Shown piece after piece: positions 49,667 to 59,728 of a stretch of DNA of 64,000 nucleotides (the stretch's first letter is position 1; each line of letters opens with the position of its first letter). The DNA is from Planctomycetota bacterium (GTDB lineage Bacteria > Planctomycetota > PLA2 > JAEUHO01): contig CBDCTJ010000007.1 in NCBI GenBank assembly GCA_965222115.1, positions 2,496,001 to 2,560,000 on the forward strand. Reading direction: 5' to 3'. The position numbers were made by a program, and so were the translations under genes. The notes below the pieces were generated by a model. That model was not told the origin of the DNA, made no database searches, and saw only the letters and a program-made list of their open reading frames with translations.

Positions 49667-51454
49667 CTATGGGAAGCGCACTGGATCGCTTGAGGTCGCG
49701 CCCTTATGTGCCTTCTTGCGCTTGGCAAGCGATGCGCCTTCTTTGTCCTTGTTCCTTGGCGCTCCCTCGTATTCCGGGCGTTTCGGCTTCCCATTCTTGT
49801 GCCGCTCCTCTTTACCTTCATTGTCTCTCTTCCGGTCCTTCTTGGGATTGTACGGGTCTCTGTCCTGATCGCTGGATTCGTGAGCGCCCCCGTATCGTTC
49901 CTCGATCTCCTCCTCGACCTTGGGCTTGGGCTTGGGCTTGTCTTGCTCTCCTCCCTCGCTCTCCGGCGCCGGAGTGGTGTAGACCACTTTAACCTTGCCC
50001 ATGTTTACGCTATACTTCGTCGTAGACCCGTCCGAGTGAATCACTCGGACATAGATTCGCCGACTCCAGCCGCATTTCTTCGCATCTTTGTCCTTAACTC
50101 GATCCTCTCCGACCTGCACCCAGTCCTCGTTCGGCCCCAATAACCCCATCGCTTTTAGAGCCTCCGTGATTGAATCGTGGCCGTTCTCCACACCGTTATC
50201 GATCTCATCCTGATGAGGCTGGCTGTCGTCAGCCTCATCATCCTCGCCCTCTTCCCCGCTAGGATCGCGGTATCGTCCAGGAGAACTCGATACGTATTCG
50301 TACGCCGAGAGCCCATCCACATACCCCAACGGATCCCTTTGCAAGAATCGTCCCGCCTCGGGGTCATACGCCCTGGCGCGATAGTGGTACATGCCCGATG
50401 CTGCGTCGAACTCCCGCCCTGTAAACAGGAACGGATTTCCCACGTAACTCGACCCCTGCGTCGTTCCCGCCGAGTTCCGAACGGTCGCCTTCCCATAGAC
50501 GTCATACGTCACCCACTCAACCACGCCGCCACCGGGCGCTGAGATTTCGCTCACATTCCCAAGCGCGTTCTGGTGATAGGTGAACCTCAGAATCTCCGAC
50601 GTATTGCTGTCCCCATCCACATCCGAGATGTCCGCCCGGTCCATCGCCCGCGGGTGGTCAATACGGTCTTCATGGAAGTAACGCGCAAGCCAGGTGTTGT
50701 TCCCGTCAAACTCCTCAACAATGTCCTGGCCATCGAGAATGTAGCGCGTCGTGACCGCACCGGACACTACGTGCTTCTCAACTCGCCGGCCCAAGGCGTC
50801 GTATTTGTACTTCGCTACAACCGTGCTCGATCCACTGACGCGCACCTCGACCAAGCGATTCTTGTAATCGTAATGATACGTCTGCGTGCCGTCGTCGGTG
50901 AGATTGCCGTTGCTATCGTGCGTGCGGGAGGTGCCGCCGATCGCCGTATACTCATTCATTGCGTTGAACGAGTAGCTAACCGTTGTGGCCGAGCCGCCCC
51001 ATGGAGTCTGCTGCGTTTGGCTGCGGTTACCCAGGCCATCAAGCGTGTAAATCTGCTTGGTGACGTAGGTCTGCGAACCGGGCGTGGCCACCTCCGTCGT
51101 GGGATTGGTTACGTCGTAGCGCGTGTCCACCATGCGGTAAGCCATGTCGTACGCATAGACATCGCCCTTGCCGTTTCGAGCGTTTAAGAATGGCTGGATC
51201 CCGGTCGGCAACGAATTGATCCACGTGGAGTTGAACGAATTCTTCTCCATCCGACGGTTGTGGACTTTGTCATACAGATAGTCAAACGTGTGAAAGCTCT
51301 GCGACGAGCTGTTCTTGTGATCGAGCTGCGAGAGACGCGCAAAGCCGTCGTACCCGTGGTCCGTTGTGGTCGCGTTCTGGTTGGTCGTCTTGGCGAGGCG
51401 GCCGGCGCCCTGGAAGGTGAAACTCGCGATGTTGGTGGACGCAGCCGCATTCAC
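49667..51454 (-). CDS. orphan Rhs core + alternative C-terminal tip (probably a silent cassette)
   Basis: About 375 aa nearly identical to the end of the main Rhs core; RAYDPEAGRFLQRDPLG, DPSG, then a unique ~195-aa tip; no clear RBS. Confidence 0.85.
   Translation of the reverse strand: MNAAASTNIASFTFQGAGRLAKTTNQNATTTDHGYDGFARLSQLDHKNSSSQSFHTFDYLYDKVHNRRMEKNSFNSTWINSLPTGIQPFLNARNGKGDVYAYDMAYRMVDTRYDVTNPTTEVATPGSQTYVTKQIYTLDGLGNRSQTQQTPWGGSATTVSYSFNAMNEYTAIGGTSRTHDSNGNLTDDGTQTYHYDYKNRLVEVRVSGSSTVVAKYKYDALGRRVEKHVVSGAVTTRYILDGQDIVEEFDGNNTWLARYFHEDRIDHPRAMDRADISDVDGDSNTSEILRFTYHQNALGNVSEISAPGGGVVEWVTYDVYGKATVRNSAGTTQGSSYVGNPFLFTGREFDAASGMYHYRARAYDPEAGRFLQRDPLGYVDGLSAYEYVSSSPGRYRDPSGEEGEDDEADDSQPHQDEIDNGVENGHDSITEALKAMGLLGPNEDWVQVGEDRVKDKDAKKCGWSRRIYVRVIHSDGSTTKYSVNMGKVKVVYTTPAPESEGGEQDKPKPKPKVEEEIEERYGGAHESSDQDRDPYNPKKDRKRDNEGKEERHKNGKPKRPEYEGAPRNKDKEGASLAKRKKAHKGATSSDPVRFP
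50316..51448 (-). repeat. ~1.13-kb direct repeat of the Rhs core (partner at 54148-55280)
   Basis: Constant offset of 3832 bp at both ends; differences mostly synonymous. Confidence 0.9.
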
Positions 51455-51542
51455 CCGGTTGGAAGATGCAAGAACGCATGTTTGCAGGCGAGACTTAAGT
51501 CACGAACTTGGTGGGAAAAAACGCGGCACGGTATTCGCAAGT

Positions 51543-51655
51543 TTGTGACAGCCCAATCTCACCAACATCATTTCTTTTCCTGCCGTCCGCGCCCTCTTAG
51601 GGGCGGCAGGACAAGAAATCACCAAATCACGACCCACACAAAGAGCAGTAGAGCC
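51543..51655 (-). mobile_element. ISL3 left-end remnant
   Basis: Reverse complement of 61138-61250 with a few differences, including IRL GGCTCTACTGCTCTTTGTGTGGG and the internal hairpin; no transposase follows. Confidence 0.85.
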
Positions 51656-51706
51656 AAAATTTCTGACACTTCCGTACACCGTATCTCGGTATCCTGCGCA
51701 TCGAAT

Positions 51707-53383
51707 CTACCTAAGCCTTTCATTCCATTCACGACGTAGCCTTGCGGCGGCCTTTGAATGACGAGACTCCAGGGGGCGAATGTGCGTTTCAAAATCCTTC
51801 AAGTCGCCTCGCTCAATCGCAAGACGACAGAGAACGATTCTCGCTATGCCAGATTCGTCTCCTAATCTTAGTGCTTCTAGCGCATCGCTTGACGCACGCT
51901 CAGATTTCATGAGGGTTAAGTTGGCCAATGCCCTGATTGCAAGAAGTTCGACCAAATCCGTCAATGAAGCGGAATCGGATTCATCCCTATCTTGAAGCAG
52001 TCCTCTAACATATCGAGCGACTCGAACCGATGATTCTAGTTGCCCCGTTTTCTGATAGGACTGAGCGAGTAAGAGTCTTGAGCTAGGGCTTGTGTCAGCC
52101 GCAGCTGTCAACACTACACGTTCCAGCTCATTTATAGCATCTTCGTATCTCCCCGTGAGATATAGCGCGCTAGCGTAAGCCTCGATGAATTTCTTGGGCA
52201 CACCTCGAGTTTCCGAAATCGGACGAAGCAATTTTGCCGCATCCTCATACCTCCCGTACCGGAGAAGTTCAAGCCCCAACTCCGCCCCGGCTATGGGAGA
52301 GGAGATTTTGCGTGGTAGAGGGTAAACACCGACAGGAATGTTAAGTATTCCTCCGACAGTGTCATTGGCTCTAAGTAGTCCTGCCCTCGCTCTCCACTCA
52401 AGGCCAGTGGCCCCCAGCAGCGACTTCATAATCTCGGCGGATTCGCGCTTTCTGCCTATTCTCTCGTATGCCAATGCTTCGACAAAGTTGATAAGATTCC
52501 TCGCCGCGCCCTCATTGCGTATCTGTGGGATCAGCCCAAGCGCGTATTCAGCTCCCTTAAGATCACCAGCTATCTCGACAATACGAAGTAGAATTTCAAA
52601 TGACCAACCATGGCCGTCGACGGTAATTGGCAGCGCCTTCAAGTAGTGGGCGAGTACTTGTCTCGGTTCACGAGCACAGAATCCTCGCGCTGCGGAGACA
52701 TCAAACAACTTCTTGCTATCCTCCGACGTGAGAAGTTCCTGCGCGCCCACCAGCAAGTCTCTTACGCCATGCCTGATCACAGAACAAACTTCGCCGCCTA
52801 GGCTCACACAGAGCCCAACCCCAGCGATTTCACCATTCTCCGTGAGCAAAATGGCAGGGACTGACTCCACACCCCCGGTTACGAGAAGACTTTCGTAGAA
52901 CCGTCCTCCGACCCACCCGCCACCAACGGAAATCGCTCGTTGGACGCGCAACTGTCCATCTGCATTCACAGGCTGAACTACCCAGGACACGTCCTTGGAC
53001 TCATCACGAGCTAGCTCAGAAAGGGCATTTGAGGAACTAGACGGCGTTTTGGTGGCGAACCGGAAACCCAGGAGCTTCCTTGCTCGCCGAGCATCAGACC
53101 CCGCTTGCTCATGTTTACTTGACGAGATCTCGTCAACGCTCCAGCCACGGACAATGAGACTTGAACTCAATGATAACCACGCATCGATCATACGTCCGTT
53201 TTCATCAGTAATAGGCGAGAAGAGGCCCATGATGGGACGAACGGCGTGCTGGATCGCTTTCGGCAACGGAACAACTTCCGACGGCATCCCCGTGTCCGAC
53301 ATGCCGCAAGAGAGTATCGCCGCCATTGTCAGTATCCGCCAATGACGCTTCCTTTCGTGGGTACACCTGCAACGGGCGATCAT
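51707..53383 (-). CDS. tetratricopeptide-repeat protein (immunity-position gene of main Rhs)
   Basis: Helical repeats G..L..YGRYEDA..L, A.ALY..GRYEDA, LA..Y...GQ; directly downstream of Rhs. Confidence 0.7.
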   Translation of the reverse strand: MIARCRCTHERKRHWRILTMAAILSCGMSDTGMPSEVVPLPKAIQHAVRPIMGLFSPITDENGRMIDAWLSLSSSLIVRGWSVDEISSSKHEQAGSDARRARKLLGFRFATKTPSSSSNALSELARDESKDVSWVVQPVNADGQLRVQRAISVGGGWVGGRFYESLLVTGGVESVPAILLTENGEIAGVGLCVSLGGEVCSVIRHGVRDLLVGAQELLTSEDSKKLFDVSAARGFCAREPRQVLAHYLKALPITVDGHGWSFEILLRIVEIAGDLKGAEYALGLIPQIRNEGAARNLINFVEALAYERIGRKRESAEIMKSLLGATGLEWRARAGLLRANDTVGGILNIPVGVYPLPRKISSPIAGAELGLELLRYGRYEDAAKLLRPISETRGVPKKFIEAYASALYLTGRYEDAINELERVVLTAAADTSPSSRLLLAQSYQKTGQLESSVRVARYVRGLLQDRDESDSASLTDLVELLAIRALANLTLMKSERASSDALEALRLGDESGIARIVLCRLAIERGDLKDFETHIRPLESRHSKAAARLRREWNERLR

Positions 53384-53426
53384 CGTATGTCTCCAAGCTG
53401 CTCGCGAGTGGATACGAACATTGAGC

Positions 53427-56400
53427 CTATCGCTCGAACACTAGCTTAATCCATAATTTCCACTCCTCCTCATCATCATCGTTGCCACAGAAGGGGATTC
53501 CCCACTTAATGCCTCCGCTTACCTTCCCTGGGACTCCGCCGACGGATACCGGATGCTCGATCTCGCCCGCAACGTCTAGCACTCCTCCATCTAGTCCGCC
53601 TTCATCAAACTCAACCTCCACCCTCGCACTTACCCCCACTCGGCCTCTACCGAGGGGCCACTCCTTTTTCACCTCTGGAAATCGGACTCCTCCTCCGCCA
53701 TTCTCAATCCAGATCGCAATCGCCGCTCCGAACAACATTCCCCCGCCAGCATATGGTTCCCAAGGCAAGTCAAGTAGCCAAGGACCGACGAGCTCTTCCC
53801 CTATCTTCGATCCGAGCTTTCCAAGACCCTTCTCAGCGTCCTTAGCATCCTTCTTCTCTTTGGCCTCCTTCTCCTCATCTGATCGAAAGTCTGGACCGAA
53901 ATCGGTGGGAGAAGATCCCAGGGGCTTACGCCGTACTAGTGGATCACTCGCTTCCGGCGGACCATAATTGACCCCGGGCACATCGGCCGTCTGGTAAGGA
54001 GTTCCTTTCTTTCTTTCCTTCTCCTCCACTCTATCAAGCAACTTTTTAAGGGCTGCGCGCGCCTCTTCTGGAGATGGCGGAGAGAGACCTAATGGGTCGG
54101 CCAGTGTAGCGGGTGAACTGAGAACAAATTCATAGAGTCCTAATCCGTCCACATACCCCAACGGATCCCTTTGCAAGAATCGTCCCGCCTCGGGGTCATA
54201 CGCCCTGGCGCGATAGTGGTACATGCCCGATGCTGCGTCGAACTCCCGCCCTGTAAACAGGAACGGATTTCCCACGTAACTCGACCCCTGCGTCGTTCCC
54301 GCCGAGTTCCGAACGGTCGCCTTTCCATAGACGTCGTACGTCACCCACTCAACCACGCCGCCACTGGGCGCGGAAATCTCGCTCACGTTTCCAAGCGCAT
54401 TCTGGTGATACGTGAACCGAAGAATCTCCGACGTATTGCTGTCGCCATCCACATCCGAGATGTCTGCGCGATCCATCGCCCGCGGATGGTCAATGCGGTC
54501 CTCGTGAAAGTAACGCGCAAGCCAGGTATTGTTGCCGTCAAACTCCTCGACGATGTCCTGGCCATCGAGAATGTAGCGCGTCGTGACCGCGCCGGAGACG
54601 ACGTGCTTTTCAACCCGCCGGCCAAGTGCGTCGTATTTGTACTTGGCAATAACTGTGCTCGATCCACTGACCCTCACCTCGACCAAACGATTCTTATAAT
54701 CGTAGTGGTACGTCTGCGTGCCGTCGTCGGTTAGATTGCCGTTGCTATCGTGCGTGCGCGAGGTGCCGCCGATCGCCGTATACTCATTCATGGCGTTGAA
54801 CGAGTAACTAACCGTCGTGGCCGAGCCGCCCCATGGAGTCTGCTGCGTCTGGCTCCGATTGCCCAAGCCATCGAGCGTGTAGACCTGCTTGGTAACGTAG
54901 GTCTGCGAACCCGGCGTCGCCACTTCCGTTGCGGGATTGGTCACATCGTAACGCGTGTCCACCATGCGGTAGGCCATATCGTAGGCATAGACATCGCCCT
55001 TGCCGTTTCGAGCGTTTAAGAATGGCTGGATCCCGGTCGGCAACGAATTGATCCACGTGGAGTTGAACGAATTCTTCTCCATCCGACGGTTGTGGACTTT
55101 GTCATACAGATAGTCAAACGTGTGAAAGCTCTGCGACGAGCTGTTCTTGTGATCGAGCTGCGAGAGACGCGCAAAGCCGTCGTACCCGTGATCCGTCGTA
55201 GTCGCGTTTTGGTTGGTCGTCTTGGCCAGGCGGCCAGCGCCCTGAAATGTGAAGCTTGCGATGTTCGTGGAGGCTGCGGAATCCACCATCGCCGTCATGC
55301 GGTAGATCGCGTCACGCTGGTGAAGCACACTGAAGGCACTGGGATACTGAATCGCGCTGCGAGAGCCCGCGTCGGTATACGTCGAAGTGACGGTGCGCCA
55401 CTTCTCCTGGCCTGTCACCGTGTAGCCCTGCGTTTCCTTCAACTCGTTACCCACGCTGTCATACGTGAACTGCACCTCATAGTCATTGTCTTTTGCGGTG
55501 AGCATGCGGTTTAGCGCATCGTAAGAATAGGTCTCTGACGTCGTTCCCAAGACACCGGTGGCGCGATTGACTGCGCGCGAGGTCAAGCGACTGAGCACAT
55601 CATAAGTATTGGTAACCACCGTGCCGTTCTGATCCGTCAAGGTCTTGACGCGATCGTTCTTATCGAAAGTTCGGGTCACGAACTTCGCGTCGGCAAAGGT
55701 CGTCTTGAATACGCGCGAAAGGGCGTCATAAGAATAGGACGTCGTGTTTAGATTGTCGTCCGTGACTGACGTCATGCGGCCTGACGCATCGAAGCTCGCC
55801 GTCTCGAGAATGCTATTGGTGAAATCGTCAATCGACGTACCAATGGCAAGCGCACGCTCATAACTTGTTTGGCGGTTCGCAAGGTCGTAACCCCAGCGAA
55901 CAGGACTCCCCTCGGCATCAACGCGGAAGGTCAAATTTCCGCGACTGTCATACGAAAAACTCGTTGTCAAAATGTTCGAAGCGTTGAGCCGGTCGATCTC
56001 GCGCCTGGACGTGAGACGGCCCAGAGCATCATAGACAAACTCGGTTTCAAAAGTCTCGGATCCACCTGCCGTAGGAATGTCCTTGCGCTTGATCTTGGTG
56101 GCGAGCCCGCGCGCATCGAGGATCCACTCGGTTTCATTTCCAACGGCGTCTTGGACCTTAATCTGGCGCCCCGCATTGTCATAGAGATAGGTCGTCTTAT
56201 TGTTGAGCGGATCTTTGATCTCCGTGACGCGGCCCGTTTTGTCGTGCTGGATAGTGACCGTCGGGTAGCTCGGCGTGAGCCCAGATCCGAAACGATCCTT
56301 GACGCGCTTCCAGAGCCGATTCACCTCATCAAAGTGGTTCGTCGTCTTGGCCTGAAGCACGTTCGAGGCATTGTAGGCCGCAGCCGTTAGGACGTTTCCG

Positions 56401-59400
56401 TTCTTATCATAGGTCCAAGAAACATAATGACTCAGCGCGTTTGTCCGTTTCGTCGCACGGTCAAAGAGATCGTACGTGAAATTCGTCGCGTCGCCTTCTC
56501 CATTAATCGTCTTGCTGCGATTGCCGTTGGCATCGTAATCCACTTGAATCGTCGATGCCTCGGTCGCGCCATAACCGCGCGTGAGCTTGAAGAGCAACGC
56601 CCGCTCGTCGTACTCGATCTTCGTCTCGTCGCCCGTCGGGCTTTGAATTTTGGTGACCTTGCCCTCGCCGTCGTATTCATACGTCGTTACCGCTTGGCTT
56701 GAGGACGTCAGATCTTGGGTGGCAGTCAAGCGCCAGCCCATTTCGTTGTACGTATAACTTGTCTCAATCCAGGGCGTAGTGGCATCAAGCGTGCCGTTCT
56801 TGTCGCGGTTCTCCGTTTCAAGCAGCGTGAGATTTCGATTGGCATCGTAGGTGAACTTGCGTTTGTAGTTAAGCGGCGTAGGCGCTTGTATCTGGGTAAC
56901 AAAATTTTCGGCGTCCACCGTAATCGTTGTGGTGGCGCCATTCGGGCCTGTTACAGAGGTTACGTTTCCATACTGATCATATTGAAATGTCGTGGTGATC
57001 GCCAGCCCGCCAGGATCACGAATGACTTTGTGCAAGTATCCGTTCTGGGAACCCGTCGTGTAGTAAACGAAATTTGTCACGCGGCTCTCGGCGTCTGTCG
57101 CCGACGTGATGCGCCCGTATGAATCGTAAGCATAGGTCTCTGCGATGGACTGGTTCGTCGGCTGGGTGACCGTGGGTCGCGATACGGCCGTCGTGTTGCC
57201 AGAAGAGTCCACCGTCATGGTGGTGACGTTTCCCTTGGGGTCGGTCACTTGGCTCACTTGGTTGTATTGGCCCGTGTACTGGTAAGAGGTTACGAGGTCC
57301 GTGCCACTGTTGGTGCTGGTGTCCGTCGTCCGGTGCCGGACCTCCGTTAGATTGAGCGAACTGTCATACGTATAGTCGGTCCGGTTTCCGCGCGGATATA
57401 CCACAGCCGTGGTCATGCCGGTGGTTGCGTTCACCGTATACGTCGTGGTGAAGTCAGTCGGCTCGCCGGTACGCAGACCCTTGGTATAGACCTTCTTTTC
57501 CGTGGGCACCGCGAAGGAACCAAAAGTCCAGCGCGTTGTATTTCCCGCGCGGTCAACTACGGTCGTCCGCTTGTTGGGAACGTCATACGAAATTGTGTAT
57601 TCGCCCGGACCAAGCGCCTCCTTTACCACCATGTCGTTCTCGTCGTACTCAAGCGTCTGAACGACTTCGCCCTTGGCGTTTTCCACGTGAATCAGGTTCG
57701 ACTTGAAGCGCGTCTGTGCGTGGTTGGCGCTGTAGGAATAGCGCACCGTGCGCCCCGAGGAAAACTGTGCGGAAACCGGACTCGTGATCGTCCGGAGGTC
57801 CCCCATGTAGTTATAGGAAAATGTCCACGTGCGGCCGCCGAAGTCAACCACACTTGAAAGCCGCCCCATCGCGTCGTAGTTGAGTGAAATGTTGCGATTC
57901 AGCGAATCCGTGATCTGAGTCAGCTTGTCGCCCGTGTAGGTATAAGTGTGTGTATTGCCATAGCGATCGGCCAGACTTATCCGCTGCCCGTTTGCATTAA
58001 ACGTGCTCACGCGGCCCAATCGATCGGTAACGGTGTGGTTAGATCCCGACGGCGCAAGCGTGGTGTCGTAGTGCGTGGGCGGAATGAACGTGCTCCCGGA
58101 TTTGACATACGTATCCACACGCCCATAGGGGCTTTGATACGTCATATCCCCGTTCGTCTCGGTCTTCATCCGCACGTCTTGATTGAGGAACCAACTGTTG
58201 CCGTAGCGCCCCGCAAAATCTCGCCGCGATCGGTACGTAAGCGTGAGGTCTAGATCCATGCCGCGACCGGGAATCGAAACCAGTCGGTGAATCAGCACTT
58301 CTTCGCCCGTGCTGAGCTGAACACTATGAGGCGTGGATGCGGTGTGGGCTGGTGGCGTGGGGCCGGCAACAGGGCCTTGTGAATCGGGTCCAAATGGAGG
58401 ACACGGCCAGACGCAAGTGAGCGCTTCCATGCCGTAGGCACCCGATGCCGCCGCCGTGATCGTGGGAAACACGCCGCCCGGAGGGACGCTGCTCGCAGAC
58501 CCAAATGTCCACTCGCCTTCAACATCACGACCCGTCGTAACGCTCATGTCCTGAGTGAGATTGGCCCACATGAACTCCAGATCTTCAAGGGTCCCGCCCT
58601 CGCCGAGCTGTGTGGTCAACCCGCCGTAGGCCTGGTAGCCCAACGACAAGTCCACGCTGCCCACGTAAAGCGGCGAACTTGGAACACCCACATCAAACAC
58701 ACGCGCGGTCGTCTCGTTGTTCGCGCTATCCGACATGAGCACGGTGACCCACGGACCGGCAACAGAAATGTCCACCGCACTCACGTTTGAGTACGTCCCC
58801 ATAACGGGCGTCACAAATCCGAACGTCGATGCCCGCAAGTCAACCTGCAGTACCTTTGCCGTCGAGCCGTCATTGATCGAGACGTAACAATAGTCGGCAT
58901 CGGCCACAGCAAGCCCGGTCGGCTCGACATTGGCACCGGCAAATGTGTCGTCGTAGTCAACTAAGAGCGTCACATCGAGGCGATATATCTCGGCCGAACC
59001 GTCGCCTAGTGCCACGACGTTATTGTTGCCAGGCTTGGGACCGGCAAGTTCAGTCGGTCCCTGACCAAACGAGGGATTGCCGAGTACCGACGGACCACTG
59101 GATTTGAACTCATAAAGCGAGTTGGTATTCGCGTCGATCGCCCAGGCATCCACACTTGAGGAGTTGTTGTCGGCCGCGGCTACGGTGAAATCTGCACCCG
59201 AAACCGTTCCGACAGTGGTTGACGTGTTGGTCGTCATGTCAACGCGAACAATCTCACCGTTGCTCGCACCGTAGATGACATCCCCGGAAGTCTTATCCAA
59301 GTCAATCTGCTGAACCGCGTTGTTGGAGTGGGCGGGCTTTAGTGACGTGAACGAAACCGCATGGCGATTCTCGTTATCGACCTGGTAGATGCCGCCAGCC

Positions 59401-59660
59401 TGCCCGGCCAAGTTGTACGACTCCTTCGGATTTCCTGTGGTGCTCGTGTCCTTCATACCGAAGTCGGTGATGACGATCGGACTTGGAGGCGCCGCCTCAG
59501 CAAGAATGCGACGACCACCGGTTAGCACGAGGAATGCCAGCGCATAGGTTGCAAGCCCTACGGCAACCAGCCCCAGAGGCGTATGCACCCAAGGGCGAGG
59601 CGTTTCCGTGCGGCTGTCCTTCTTTGAACGCTTTCGACTGTTTCTGTTCTTGCTAGCCAT
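53427..59660 (-). CDS. Rhs/YD-repeat protein with N-terminal membrane anchor and variable C-terminal tip
   Basis: Basic N-terminus + TM helix, ~400-aa beta-rich region, DUF6531-like V.LSTGE...IPGRG..L.L.LTY.S...G..W, many YD repeats, core FTGRE.D...G.YHYRAR.YDP..GRF...DP.G, DPLGL cleavage motif. Confidence 0.93.
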   Translation of the reverse strand: MASKNRNSRKRSKKDSRTETPRPWVHTPLGLVAVGLATYALAFLVLTGGRRILAEAAPPSPIVITDFGMKDTSTTGNPKESYNLAGQAGGIYQVDNENRHAVSFTSLKPAHSNNAVQQIDLDKTSGDVIYGASNGEIVRVDMTTNTSTTVGTVSGADFTVAAADNNSSSVDAWAIDANTNSLYEFKSSGPSVLGNPSFGQGPTELAGPKPGNNNVVALGDGSAEIYRLDVTLLVDYDDTFAGANVEPTGLAVADADYCYVSINDGSTAKVLQVDLRASTFGFVTPVMGTYSNVSAVDISVAGPWVTVLMSDSANNETTARVFDVGVPSSPLYVGSVDLSLGYQAYGGLTTQLGEGGTLEDLEFMWANLTQDMSVTTGRDVEGEWTFGSASSVPPGGVFPTITAAASGAYGMEALTCVWPCPPFGPDSQGPVAGPTPPAHTASTPHSVQLSTGEEVLIHRLVSIPGRGMDLDLTLTYRSRRDFAGRYGNSWFLNQDVRMKTETNGDMTYQSPYGRVDTYVKSGSTFIPPTHYDTTLAPSGSNHTVTDRLGRVSTFNANGQRISLADRYGNTHTYTYTGDKLTQITDSLNRNISLNYDAMGRLSSVVDFGGRTWTFSYNYMGDLRTITSPVSAQFSSGRTVRYSYSANHAQTRFKSNLIHVENAKGEVVQTLEYDENDMVVKEALGPGEYTISYDVPNKRTTVVDRAGNTTRWTFGSFAVPTEKKVYTKGLRTGEPTDFTTTYTVNATTGMTTAVVYPRGNRTDYTYDSSLNLTEVRHRTTDTSTNSGTDLVTSYQYTGQYNQVSQVTDPKGNVTTMTVDSSGNTTAVSRPTVTQPTNQSIAETYAYDSYGRITSATDAESRVTNFVYYTTGSQNGYLHKVIRDPGGLAITTTFQYDQYGNVTSVTGPNGATTTITVDAENFVTQIQAPTPLNYKRKFTYDANRNLTLLETENRDKNGTLDATTPWIETSYTYNEMGWRLTATQDLTSSSQAVTTYEYDGEGKVTKIQSPTGDETKIEYDERALLFKLTRGYGATEASTIQVDYDANGNRSKTINGEGDATNFTYDLFDRATKRTNALSHYVSWTYDKNGNVLTAAAYNASNVLQAKTTNHFDEVNRLWKRVKDRFGSGLTPSYPTVTIQHDKTGRVTEIKDPLNNKTTYLYDNAGRQIKVQDAVGNETEWILDARGLATKIKRKDIPTAGGSETFETEFVYDALGRLTSRREIDRLNASNILTTSFSYDSRGNLTFRVDAEGSPVRWGYDLANRQTSYERALAIGTSIDDFTNSILETASFDASGRMTSVTDDNLNTTSYSYDALSRVFKTTFADAKFVTRTFDKNDRVKTLTDQNGTVVTNTYDVLSRLTSRAVNRATGVLGTTSETYSYDALNRMLTAKDNDYEVQFTYDSVGNELKETQGYTVTGQEKWRTVTSTYTDAGSRSAIQYPSAFSVLHQRDAIYRMTAMVDSAASTNIASFTFQGAGRLAKTTNQNATTTDHGYDGFARLSQLDHKNSSSQSFHTFDYLYDKVHNRRMEKNSFNSTWINSLPTGIQPFLNARNGKGDVYAYDMAYRMVDTRYDVTNPATEVATPGSQTYVTKQVYTLDGLGNRSQTQQTPWGGSATTVSYSFNAMNEYTAIGGTSRTHDSNGNLTDDGTQTYHYDYKNRLVEVRVSGSSTVIAKYKYDALGRRVEKHVVSGAVTTRYILDGQDIVEEFDGNNTWLARYFHEDRIDHPRAMDRADISDVDGDSNTSEILRFTYHQNALGNVSEISAPSGGVVEWVTYDVYGKATVRNSAGTTQGSSYVGNPFLFTGREFDAASGMYHYRARAYDPEAGRFLQRDPLGYVDGLGLYEFVLSSPATLADPLGLSPPSPEEARAALKKLLDRVEEKERKKGTPYQTADVPGVNYGPPEASDPLVRRKPLGSSPTDFGPDFRSDEEKEAKEKKDAKDAEKGLGKLGSKIGEELVGPWLLDLPWEPYAGGGMLFGAAIAIWIENGGGGVRFPEVKKEWPLGRGRVGVSARVEVEFDEGGLDGGVLDVAGEIEHPVSVGGVPGKVSGGIKWGIPFCGNDDDEEEWKLWIKLVFER

Positions 59661-59728
59661 GTCTACCCCAATCTCGCTCAAGCCTTGCTTGATGGTTTTA
59701 GGTGATGCGTTGCGCCTATTTGTCGCGC

